Below, in pieces: positions 19,334 to 28,015 of a stretch of DNA of 64,000 bases (position 1 is the first letter of the stretch; each line of letters opens with the position of its first letter). Origin of the DNA: a virus; IMG/VR virus record IMGVR_UViG_3300044675_005482, positions 1-64,000 of that record. One strand, 5' to 3'. Under the pieces are notes generated by a model. It saw only the letters and a program-made list of their open reading frames with translations. It searched no databases and had not been told where the DNA came from. A program made the position numbers and the translations under genes.

Positions 19334-19948
19334 ATGAATAAAATAGAAATATTCCCAGGAATATGGAAATTCGAGAATGTCTTTGACAAGTCATTTGATA
19401 TAGTAAATAAAATTGAAAAAGCTGTATCAAAAGGAGAATGCTCTTGGGCTAAAGCTCAAGTTGGTTTGGAAGAAACAGACACAGAATATAGAGACTGCTA
19501 CGACTTTAAGCTAAGCGACCTTGGAAAAGACCATAAAGTTTATAAGCATGTTTATGAATCTCAAAAGCCATACGTAGATGCATATTGTGATTACTACCAA
19601 ATAAAAATGGGATTTTGGGAATGGACCAATGTTGTTAAATATGGGCCAGGTCAATATTTTAAAGAGCATGCCGATCATGGCTGGTCTTATGTATCTACAG
19701 TTTCATTAGTATCTTATCCAAACGATGACTATGTTGGAGGAGAATTAGCTTTTCCAAAATTAAAAATATTTGAAAAGCCAAAGGCTGGGGATCTTTATAT
19801 ATTCCCATCTACTTATTTGTTTTCTCACGTAGCAATGCCAGTAAGGTCTGGCACTAAGTATTCATTTGTAACAATGCTAGATTATAATGATGATACTCAT
19901 ACTGTAGAGTATGAAGAATATATAGACAGAAAGTATGGTATTAAATAA
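19334..19948 (+). CDS. 2OG-Fe(II) oxygenase, prolyl-4-hydroxylase-like
   Basis: KY..GQ.F.EHAD; Y.NDDY.GGEL.F; FPS..FSH...V.SGTKYS. Confidence 0.9.
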   Translation: MNKIEIFPGIWKFENVFDKSFDIVNKIEKAVSKGECSWAKAQVGLEETDTEYRDCYDFKLSDLGKDHKVYKHVYESQKPYVDAYCDYYQIKMGFWEWTNVVKYGPGQYFKEHADHGWSYVSTVSLVSYPNDDYVGGELAFPKLKIFEKPKAGDLYIFPSTYLFSHVAMPVRSGTKYSFVTMLDYNDDTHTVEYEEYIDRKYGIK

Positions 19949-20646
19949 TGTTTTCTCCAAATGCGGAATATCTACATTACGGAATTGTTGTTTATAGAGA
20001 TGTTTTTACAAAAGAAATGGACCTTGTAAACAGGCTGGAAAAATCTTTAAGTAAAAGCGAAGGAAAATATCAGTGGAATCAATCTCAAACTGGGTATGCA
20101 CATACAGACCTTAAGTACAGAGATGCCCATGATTTTAAAATTAAAAGAAATGACGACGATAGCCTAATGCTATCAATGCAATATGTAAGCAAAGAAGACA
20201 GAAAAGAGGCCGAGCTTGAGCTAGAAAAAATTTGGGAAGACTCATATACTGCACAACTAAAGCCAGTAGAAGAATACCGAAATGCTTTTGGTCTTGCTCC
20301 ATTAAACTATTGGGAATCATTTAACTTTGTTAAGTATGGCCCAAACCAGCATTTCCAAGTTCATTCAGATCACGGATATTCATATATTTGTGTTCTTTCT
20401 TCAGTCGGATATATTAATGATGATTATGAAGGCGGAGAACTCTTCTTTGATAAGTTTAACTTAAAAATTAAGCCTAAGGCTGGAGACTTGTATCTTTTCC
20501 CATCGTCATATATATATTCGCACTCTGCAATGCCAGTAACTAGCGGAACAAAATATTCTATAGTAACAATGCTTGATTATCTTGAGGCCCCACATACTCC
20601 AGATTATCGTGAAATTGAAAAAAGATATACTGAAGGTTATGTATAA
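19948..20646 (+). CDS. 2OG-Fe(II) oxygenase, prolyl-4-hydroxylase-like (close paralogue of 19334)
   Basis: HSD; YINDDYEGGELFF; FPSSYIYSH; GTKYS. Confidence 0.9.
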   Translation: MFSPNAEYLHYGIVVYRDVFTKEMDLVNRLEKSLSKSEGKYQWNQSQTGYAHTDLKYRDAHDFKIKRNDDDSLMLSMQYVSKEDRKEAELELEKIWEDSYTAQLKPVEEYRNAFGLAPLNYWESFNFVKYGPNQHFQVHSDHGYSYICVLSSVGYINDDYEGGELFFDKFNLKIKPKAGDLYLFPSSYIYSHSAMPVTSGTKYSIVTMLDYLEAPHTPDYREIEKRYTEGYV

Positions 20647-21358
20647 AATACAGGCATACAGAGCAGCTGAAAATTACGCTACCTTAGCCCCTCTTGGGGT
20701 TAAGAGAGATTGGATGGAGCAAACACATGAAAGACATGCTTATACCTGTTTTCCAGTAACTCTTACAAATGGGATGGGCTGGAGTCTTTCTTTCCCAGAA
20801 GATATAACATTTGTATGGGATGGCAAATCTGATTCATCTAAAGATCATGTTAAAATTTTAGCTGGGCATAAATATTGTTATACAGAAAGAGCTAATGCAA
20901 CTATTAGCTTTAAAACTGGATTAACATTTAGAACAGAGGACAACGTTAGCTTACTAGGCATGCCAGCACCAAACTATTTTATTGATGGTGCTCAACCATT
21001 TACTACCGTAATTAGCACTTCATTTTTTACAGCAGAGTTTCCAGTAGCATGGAGAATTACAAAACCATATACCCCAATAACAATTCCAGCAGGATACCCA
21101 GTAATATCACTATTGCCAATATCTCTTAAAAACTTACAGGATTCAGAAATAGATATAGTCCCAATTAAGGATATGCCAAGATCCCCATATGCTGATCAAT
21201 ATAATCAAACAGACCATATTAAGTTTGTATCAAAAGTAGCTGAAGAAGGAAAATGGACTAATTTTTACCGTGATGCAGTGGACTATATGGGAAATAAATT
21301 AGGACAGCATGAAGTTAAAAGCTTAAAGCTTAAAGTTAATGGAGGAGATAATGCCTAA
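20639..21358 (+). CDS. DUF6065-like protein
   Basis: KRDWM..T..RHAY.CFP...NGMGW; WRIT.P; IPAG.P....PI; start moved to ATG 20639, which overlaps the upstream stop. Confidence 0.6.
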   Translation: MYKIQAYRAAENYATLAPLGVKRDWMEQTHERHAYTCFPVTLTNGMGWSLSFPEDITFVWDGKSDSSKDHVKILAGHKYCYTERANATISFKTGLTFRTEDNVSLLGMPAPNYFIDGAQPFTTVISTSFFTAEFPVAWRITKPYTPITIPAGYPVISLLPISLKNLQDSEIDIVPIKDMPRSPYADQYNQTDHIKFVSKVAEEGKWTNFYRDAVDYMGNKLGQHEVKSLKLKVNGGDNA

Positions 21359-22091
21359 AATTAAATTTGGGTCTGCAAGGCCATACAATAATCAAGAAGA
21401 ATTTAAAGAGTTGGCTCCAGCTCCTATTAAAAAATTTATGCCAGAATGGTGGAATAAGGCAACAAAATACTGGCTTGGTGACGATGGAGAATACATTCCA
21501 GCTCAATATCCTCATCAAGAGCCAGAAGAAAGATCACTTGGTTTTAAATCATGCCCAGCATTATTAGATGTGTTTAGTACTGGATACACACTGCTTACTC
21601 CTACCGACATAATGTTTGTTCAATATGAAGGCGAACCTTATATGAAAATTGATGAGCAGTTTAAAGATTTTTGTGATGCAAGGCATGCAATGCCACAATT
21701 TGTTAATCCAGCAGGATACCATGCAAAACATTTTCATTGGTGGCCAAATTGGGGAATAGAATTGCCTACTGGATATAGCGCATTAATTACAAGCCCGTTA
21801 AATAGGTTCGATTTACCTTTTTTAACCGTGGCTGGTATAATTGACAGTGATAGGTATCCTATGCCAGGATTAACTCCATTTTTCCTAAAAGAAGGATTTT
21901 CTGGACTAGTCCCAAAGGGAACTCCGTATGCACAGATTATTCCAATTAAAAGAGAAGACTGGGAGTCGGAGCACATTTATTATACAACACAACAGATGTA
22001 TGATAGGCATGAAGAAACAACAAAAAAATATAGAGTCGCTTTCGGCGGCATTTATAAAATGAAAACGTGGATAAAAAAGAATTATAACTAG
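21351..22091 (+). CDS. DUF6065-like protein (distant paralogue of 20639)
   Basis: MPEWW; KSCPALLD..TGY; PLNRFDLPF..GIIDSD; VPKGTPYAQIIPIKRE.W; GGAGG SD before ATG 21351. Confidence 0.55.
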   Translation: MPKIKFGSARPYNNQEEFKELAPAPIKKFMPEWWNKATKYWLGDDGEYIPAQYPHQEPEERSLGFKSCPALLDVFSTGYTLLTPTDIMFVQYEGEPYMKIDEQFKDFCDARHAMPQFVNPAGYHAKHFHWWPNWGIELPTGYSALITSPLNRFDLPFLTVAGIIDSDRYPMPGLTPFFLKEGFSGLVPKGTPYAQIIPIKREDWESEHIYYTTQQMYDRHEETTKKYRVAFGGIYKMKTWIKKNYN

Positions 22092-22100
22092 GAGATAAAA

Positions 22101-22826
22101 ATGGCATTTGAAAGTACAATTAGCGCAGACAATATACAAAACTATGACGCTTTAATAGAAGGCAAAAACGTAAGAACTGCTAGAAAGTCTATTACGCCGT
22201 CTGGATATTTTGGTGAGGGTCCAGAAATGATTGGCGAAATTGAAAACTTTCTTACAGAAGAAGAATGCGACTTCCTCGAAGACTTTGCTAGAAACAATAA
22301 GATTTGGGATGTTACAGAATCTCATTACAATGAAAATGGAACAATAATCTATGATCACCGTCCATGGGAAAATAGAGTTGCAACTCTTAACACATTAGAG
22401 AAAGCAAATCCAGAAGTAGTTAAAATGCTACGTGAAATTATTGCAAGACTTAAGCCAGAAATTGAAAAGTTTTTTAATGTGGCTGAAGCAGAACCAACAA
22501 ACCCAGCAATTGTAAGATGGCCAGTTGGCACTTTTCAGTTTCCGCATGCAGACAAAGAGCTGCATGAGGGTCCAGATGCTGGAACGGAAAATGATTTTCC
22601 ATGGTATGACCTAGGAACCATATTTTATTTAAACGATGATTTTGAAGGTGGAGAGCTTCATTTCCCTAGACAGCAAATTGCATTTAAGCCAAAAAGACGT
22701 GCAGTATACTTTTTCCCAGGAGACAAGAACTACATTCATGGAGTAGACAAAGTAACGGCTGGAACAAGATATACATCACCATGGTTTTGGACAATTAGAC
22801 AACTAACAAAGGAAAACAATGCTTAA
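22101..22826 (+). CDS. 2OG-Fe(II) oxygenase, prolyl-4-hydroxylase-like
   Basis: ENFLTEEEC; PHAD; YLNDDFEGGELHF; YIHGV..V..GTRY. Confidence 0.9.
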   Translation: MAFESTISADNIQNYDALIEGKNVRTARKSITPSGYFGEGPEMIGEIENFLTEEECDFLEDFARNNKIWDVTESHYNENGTIIYDHRPWENRVATLNTLEKANPEVVKMLREIIARLKPEIEKFFNVAEAEPTNPAIVRWPVGTFQFPHADKELHEGPDAGTENDFPWYDLGTIFYLNDDFEGGELHFPRQQIAFKPKRRAVYFFPGDKNYIHGVDKVTAGTRYTSPWFWTIRQLTKENNA

Positions 22827-23559
22827 TCCAGAATTAATAGAAAAGTATCCTGGCATCAAGGAGTGGAAAGATGACGTATACACAATAGAAAATTTTATAA
22901 CGGAACAAGAATCTGAAGCTATGATTAAATATTTAGAATCTTTAGTTAGCAGTGGCAGATTAAAATGGAATCAGATTTCTTTTTACGACTCATTTGCTAT
23001 GGGGTTTTGGGACTCAGATCCAACTCTACCAGAATTTGGATTGCCAGAAGATTACTTTAACAGATTAAAATTTAGATTTAAAAAAGCTGGAGAAGATATT
23101 TTTGGTCATAAGTTTGCAGAGATTAGCTATCATGCACAGAAGTGGATAGAAGGAGCATTTGCTGACTTCCATTCAGATAATTCTAAAGATGGAAAGCCAA
23201 CAGCATTTGAAAGAAGTCGATATGCTGGATTCTTGTATTTAAATGATGATTTTGAGGGTGGAATATTAAACTTTCAACACTATGACATTGCAATAAAACC
23301 TCAAGTTGGACTTATAGCAATATTTAAAGGCGGTCATGGAAACGAGCATGAGGTTACTCAAGTTAAAAATATTAAACGTGAAAGATACACCATAGGTTCA
23401 TTTTGGGATGATGCTAGAATGGAATATACAGATGAGCAAAGACAACGCTGGGCAGATGAACTAGCTGAAACTAGAAAAGAACAAGACGTCCAATATGATG
23501 AGTGGGCTAAAGATAAAGAAATTGGCAATGTTCCAGTTTATAAAGGAAAAGGTGAATAA
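22819..23559 (+). CDS. 2OG-Fe(II) oxygenase, prolyl-4-hydroxylase-like
   Basis: FHSD; YLNDDFEGG; NEHEV; ERYT. Confidence 0.9.
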   Translation: MLNPELIEKYPGIKEWKDDVYTIENFITEQESEAMIKYLESLVSSGRLKWNQISFYDSFAMGFWDSDPTLPEFGLPEDYFNRLKFRFKKAGEDIFGHKFAEISYHAQKWIEGAFADFHSDNSKDGKPTAFERSRYAGFLYLNDDFEGGILNFQHYDIAIKPQVGLIAIFKGGHGNEHEVTQVKNIKRERYTIGSFWDDARMEYTDEQRQRWADELAETRKEQDVQYDEWAKDKEIGNVPVYKGKGE

Positions 23560-24224
23560 TGTATATATATGCTAAGGATATAGAAAAAGATGTTGAAATA
23601 CTAGAAGGAAAAATATTCATCTTCAAAGATGCAATTAGTAATACCAGTTTAATTCACGAAGAGCTAGACAGCATAGATGAAAATTACGAAGACGAGACTA
23701 GCCCAAGACAAATTGGTCCATGGATTGAATGGAAATCAAATGATGATGACACAGTGTATGGAAAGCAAAAGGTTGGACTATTTACTTTTAGCAAAGAAGT
23801 ATCGAAGATGTCATTTGGAGACAAGATGGCCAAAGACCTTTGTGACACTGTGTTAAAGTGTGCAACAGGTTTATCTGAGGCATATTTTAAAACATTAAAT
23901 ATAGAAGAAGTACCACACCTTCCAGAAAGATTTGAAATAAAAGTTTACGATACTGGCACCGACATGGGAGCCCATTATGATAGACATCCATTTCCAAACA
24001 ACGAAACAATTTTGTCTGCAGTAATTTATCTAAATGATGATTACGAGGGCGGAGAGCTTCATTTCCACAACCAAGATATTACAATTAAGCCAGAAGCTGG
24101 AACGGTTATATTTTTCCCATCTACTGAAGATTTTACACACTCTTCAAAGAAAATAGAGTCTGGTAAAAAACATGCAATCCCGCTATTCTTTTACAAAAAT
24201 CCAGAAAATCCACAAAATAATTAG
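23559..24224 (+). CDS. 2OG-Fe(II) oxygenase, prolyl-4-hydroxylase-like
   Basis: MGAHYD; YLNDDYEGGELHF; FPS..FTH; SGKK. Confidence 0.9.
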   Translation: MYIYAKDIEKDVEILEGKIFIFKDAISNTSLIHEELDSIDENYEDETSPRQIGPWIEWKSNDDDTVYGKQKVGLFTFSKEVSKMSFGDKMAKDLCDTVLKCATGLSEAYFKTLNIEEVPHLPERFEIKVYDTGTDMGAHYDRHPFPNNETILSAVIYLNDDYEGGELHFHNQDITIKPEAGTVIFFPSTEDFTHSSKKIESGKKHAIPLFFYKNPENPQNN

Positions 24225-24232
24225 GGGGACGT

Positions 24233-25972
24233 ATGTCTTATCAATTAAAGGTTATACAAGATAACCCAATAGGGTTTTGGCCTTTAGACGAATCTTCTGG
24301 GACTATTGCCGCAGATAGATCTGGTTGTGGAAACAATGGCGCTTATGTTGGTACCATGATTTCAAATATGCTTCCCTTAATTCCTGGAGGACAATCAGGT
24401 ACAAAAATAACAAACACCTCTTATGTTACTTTACCAATATTAAACAATTACTATGGCGCTACAACAACTGCTGGAATGGCCACAAAGTACACAAGCGATA
24501 ATGATTTTACGCTAGAGCTGTGGATATCTCCACAAATTTATTCAACGTCTATTACCCCATTACTTGCAGATGTGACAAATAATATAGGGTTATTTTGGGA
24601 AAACGGAGACATAGTATTTAAGGTAGATTCTCAAGAGGTAAGGTGTCCAGTAACATATTCTAAAAAGTCACTCCACCTCGTTGGTCTATATACAACAAAT
24701 TCAATATCTATTTATATAGACGGAGTACTTGCAAGCTCTAAATCAATTGTGGACTTTAAATTTACAAATACAAACTTTTCTTTAAATATAGGACCAACAA
24801 CGATATCTTCAGATTCGTTTATAGTAGATGCACCAGCAGTATACAGATATTCTTTGCCATATAAATCAATATTAAAGCACCATGTAGATGGCAGCTTTTC
24901 AGGATCAGCAATACAAGTTGTTTTCCCAGACGAAGGAGTTTTATTTTCTGGCACAGACGCATACATTAAATCTCAATTTGAATATACATACCCAATAAAA
25001 AAACAATGGGAAGACCTGGTTGATGAAAACACTTATTACGATCCAATAAATAAATATATATCTTTCTATCCATCTACTGGGCCAAAGACATTTGTTTATG
25101 AGGACTCATTTTTATTACCTTCACAAATTGGAATTGCTACATCTAAAATTGAATGGAGAAACGATTTAGGTATATCTGTTGAGTCAAGCTCAGATGGGAC
25201 TACGTACACTGCTTGTGTAAATGGGGAGCCACTACCTCAATATAAAGTTGGATCTTTTTCTTCATCTGGAACCGTATACTTTAGAATAACAATGACAACT
25301 GCAGATTCAAGTAAGTTCTTGCCAAGATTATCATTTTTTTCTATTACATTTTATTCCGATAGAACTCTGTATGCTGACAACTATGGAGATTCAATTTCTT
25401 CTGCATCTAACTATAATTTAGGGGCACTAAACTACCCAGTACTTTCAAGAAACTACATGGGCGGGATAAGGCCAGAAAATGGAACTGGATTTGATATTAA
25501 TACCCTGTCATCAATAAAGTCATTAGAGATGATATATACACCAATAGCAACAGGCGTTGCAAATACCTTGATCCATGTCCCAGATTCTCCAATATCAGAA
25601 TTAAGTTGGACATCTGCTGGAGTAATTACTAAAACCAATATAAGCAAAATTTATATTAACAATGTCGACATTTCTGCACAAGCTAATATATCCAATTATT
25701 TGGTTGCTGGACAGCCACATCACATTGTAGTAGTCTTTACAAGCCCAGTGTCTACTAAAATAAAGATAAACTACAAGACTTCTGGTGGAAGCAATAACCT
25801 ATATAAGAATATTGCTCTATATCAAAAAGAAATAACTCAAGCTATATGCGCTGAGCATTATAATCTTTATACTGGAAGGCCATCAGCAAGCATATCTGAA
25901 AGCGTCATAACCCTGACAGATCCTGCAGTAAGTTATTATAATAACGACTGGGTTGTTATCCAGTCAGTATAA
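24233..25972 (+). CDS. LamG/concanavalin A-like domain virion protein
   Basis: DNPIGFWPLDE.SG..A.D.SG; FTLELWI; HLVG..IYIDG; D.PAVY. Confidence 0.75.
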   Translation: MSYQLKVIQDNPIGFWPLDESSGTIAADRSGCGNNGAYVGTMISNMLPLIPGGQSGTKITNTSYVTLPILNNYYGATTTAGMATKYTSDNDFTLELWISPQIYSTSITPLLADVTNNIGLFWENGDIVFKVDSQEVRCPVTYSKKSLHLVGLYTTNSISIYIDGVLASSKSIVDFKFTNTNFSLNIGPTTISSDSFIVDAPAVYRYSLPYKSILKHHVDGSFSGSAIQVVFPDEGVLFSGTDAYIKSQFEYTYPIKKQWEDLVDENTYYDPINKYISFYPSTGPKTFVYEDSFLLPSQIGIATSKIEWRNDLGISVESSSDGTTYTACVNGEPLPQYKVGSFSSSGTVYFRITMTTADSSKFLPRLSFFSITFYSDRTLYADNYGDSISSASNYNLGALNYPVLSRNYMGGIRPENGTGFDINTLSSIKSLEMIYTPIATGVANTLIHVPDSPISELSWTSAGVITKTNISKIYINNVDISAQANISNYLVAGQPHHIVVVFTSPVSTKIKINYKTSGGSNNLYKNIALYQKEITQAICAEHYNLYTGRPSASISESVITLTDPAVSYYNNDWVVIQSV

Positions 25973-26033
25973 TTTGAACATTGTCCTGACAAAATCTGGA
26001 CTTATGCTATAAAGAATGGTAAAATGTTAGTCT

Positions 26034-26375
26034 ATGGATATCAAAAAGCTAAATCATAAAGTATTAGATGAAGAGTCAACTCTTGGAATATATGTCTGGG
26101 AGATGCCCGACGGAAGATGGATTGGAGACGACGATGGCAACTTTCTTTCGATCACGTCAAAAAAAGGCAATAGATCCAGAATCGATGCTTTGGCTAGAGA
26201 AGTACGCACATTCGGTATATACGAAGGTGGGCCTAAATTTCTTTCCGCTAGGCGGAAAATCAGCGACGAAGAGTTTGAGCATCAGAAGCAAAGACTCGAT
26301 TGGGGATTAGTTCCAGATCCACTGGATATTGGAAACTATAAAGATGAAATGAAAAAACTAAGAGGTGGAAGATAA
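26034..26375 (+). CDS. Hypothetical protein preceding the portal
   Basis: TGGACT-N17-TAAAAT upstream; TAATG coupling to the portal. Confidence 0.75.
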   Translation: MDIKKLNHKVLDEESTLGIYVWEMPDGRWIGDDDGNFLSITSKKGNRSRIDALAREVRTFGIYEGGPKFLSARRKISDEEFEHQKQRLDWGLVPDPLDIGNYKDEMKKLRGGR

Positions 26376-27961
26376 TGCAATTTATTGAAGATGAAGATGG
26401 ATCAGATAACACAGTTAGCATTTCTAATGTTGCAGACTGGATGAAATTTACTGCACCGTCAGCAGTTGCAGATACAGACCCTTTTAATGTAGACGGAGAT
26501 GACCTAAAAAAGATTAACGGTCTTGGATCAACTTTCCGTAGAAAAATGGGTAGAGATATCCAAAAAAGATTTATTGGACAAGAAGGAACTGGAACACAGC
26601 AGAACCTATTAGCACAAGCCGTCACTGGCTATGCAATGTTTGACCTAATTGAGCCACCGTACAACCTTGAGTATCTTTCAAAAATTTATGAAGTATCGCC
26701 ATACAACTATTCAGCAATTAATGCCAAGGTCTCTAACATTGTTGGTCTTGGATATTCATTTATTGAAACAAGCAAAACAAATGACGCCTTAGACACCATA
26801 ACAGATGAAAAGCAGTTAGAGCGAGCAAGAAAAAAGATTAATAGAATTAAGCAGGATCTAGAAGAATGGCTAGAGTCAGTAAACGAAGAAGAAACATTTA
26901 CTGAGACATTAATAAAGGCCTATGTAGACCTAGAAGCAACTGGCAATGGATATATTGAAATTGGTAGAACAGTAGCTGGAAATATTGGATACATTGGACA
27001 TATTCCAGCAAAGACAATGAGAGTACGCAGATTACGTGATGGCTTTATTCAATTGCTTTACGGAAAGGCTGTTTACTTCCGCAACTTTGGAGACACCGAA
27101 ACAGAGAATCCTATTGCTGGTCAAGAAGATCGTCCAAATGAAGTTATTCATTTAAAGAAGTACACTCCTACAAATAATTATTATGGAATTCCAGACATTA
27201 TTGCAGCACAAAATGCAATGGCTGGAAACGAGTTTGCTGGCAAGTATAACCTAGACTACTTTGAAAACAAGGCGGTACCAAGATATATTATTACAGTAAA
27301 AGGAGCAAAGCTTTCAACAGAGTCAGAAAGAAAATTACTTGAATTTTTCCAGGTAGGTCTAAAGGGCAAGAATCATAGATCTCTATATATTCCGCTACCT
27401 CCAGATTCACCAGACTCAAAGGTTGAATTTAAGATGGAGCCAGTTGAGGCTGGAGTTCAAGAAGGCTCATTTAATACATACAGACTTTCCAACAGAGACG
27501 AAATCCTCCTTGCCCATAGAGTCCCAATTAATAAAGTTGGAACCCCAGCTGGAGTTAATTTAGCGGTTGCTAGAGATGCTGATAAAACATTTAGAGAGCA
27601 AGTCTGTGGACCAGCTCAAAATAATTTAGCCAAGAAATTAAATAAAATTATTGAAGAAAAGACAGATGCACTTCTTCTTAAATTTAATGAGTTGACCTTG
27701 ACTGACGAAGATACTCAATCTAAAATTGATGAGAGATATTTGCGTATGCAGGTAATTACTCCTAATGAGGTTAGAATTAGAAAGGGTATGATTCCTATTG
27801 AAGGTGGAGACCAGGTAGTGGATTTAAAGGCTGATGCAGCCGCTGAACAATCTGCCCAAGCTGGTAAAACTAGAGCCAGAGATTCCGAAAGATCCGCCGC
27901 TTCCCCAGATAAATCTGGCGAAGGCAGAAATGCAAAAGGCGACGGACGTCAGGTAGGATAA
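26375..27961 (+). CDS. Portal protein
   Basis: DLEATGNGYIE; EVIHLK..YYGIPD; YFENKAVP; AHRVP; ITPNEVR..GM.P..GGD. Confidence 0.92.
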   Translation: MQFIEDEDGSDNTVSISNVADWMKFTAPSAVADTDPFNVDGDDLKKINGLGSTFRRKMGRDIQKRFIGQEGTGTQQNLLAQAVTGYAMFDLIEPPYNLEYLSKIYEVSPYNYSAINAKVSNIVGLGYSFIETSKTNDALDTITDEKQLERARKKINRIKQDLEEWLESVNEEETFTETLIKAYVDLEATGNGYIEIGRTVAGNIGYIGHIPAKTMRVRRLRDGFIQLLYGKAVYFRNFGDTETENPIAGQEDRPNEVIHLKKYTPTNNYYGIPDIIAAQNAMAGNEFAGKYNLDYFENKAVPRYIITVKGAKLSTESERKLLEFFQVGLKGKNHRSLYIPLPPDSPDSKVEFKMEPVEAGVQEGSFNTYRLSNRDEILLAHRVPINKVGTPAGVNLAVARDADKTFREQVCGPAQNNLAKKLNKIIEEKTDALLLKFNELTLTDEDTQSKIDERYLRMQVITPNEVRIRKGMIPIEGGDQVVDLKADAAAEQSAQAGKTRARDSERSAASPDKSGEGRNAKGDGRQVG

Positions 27962-28015
27962 ACTTTACTCGACCACTATTTGCGTTAGGTCATATAACAG
28001 TATAAAATAAAGCAT

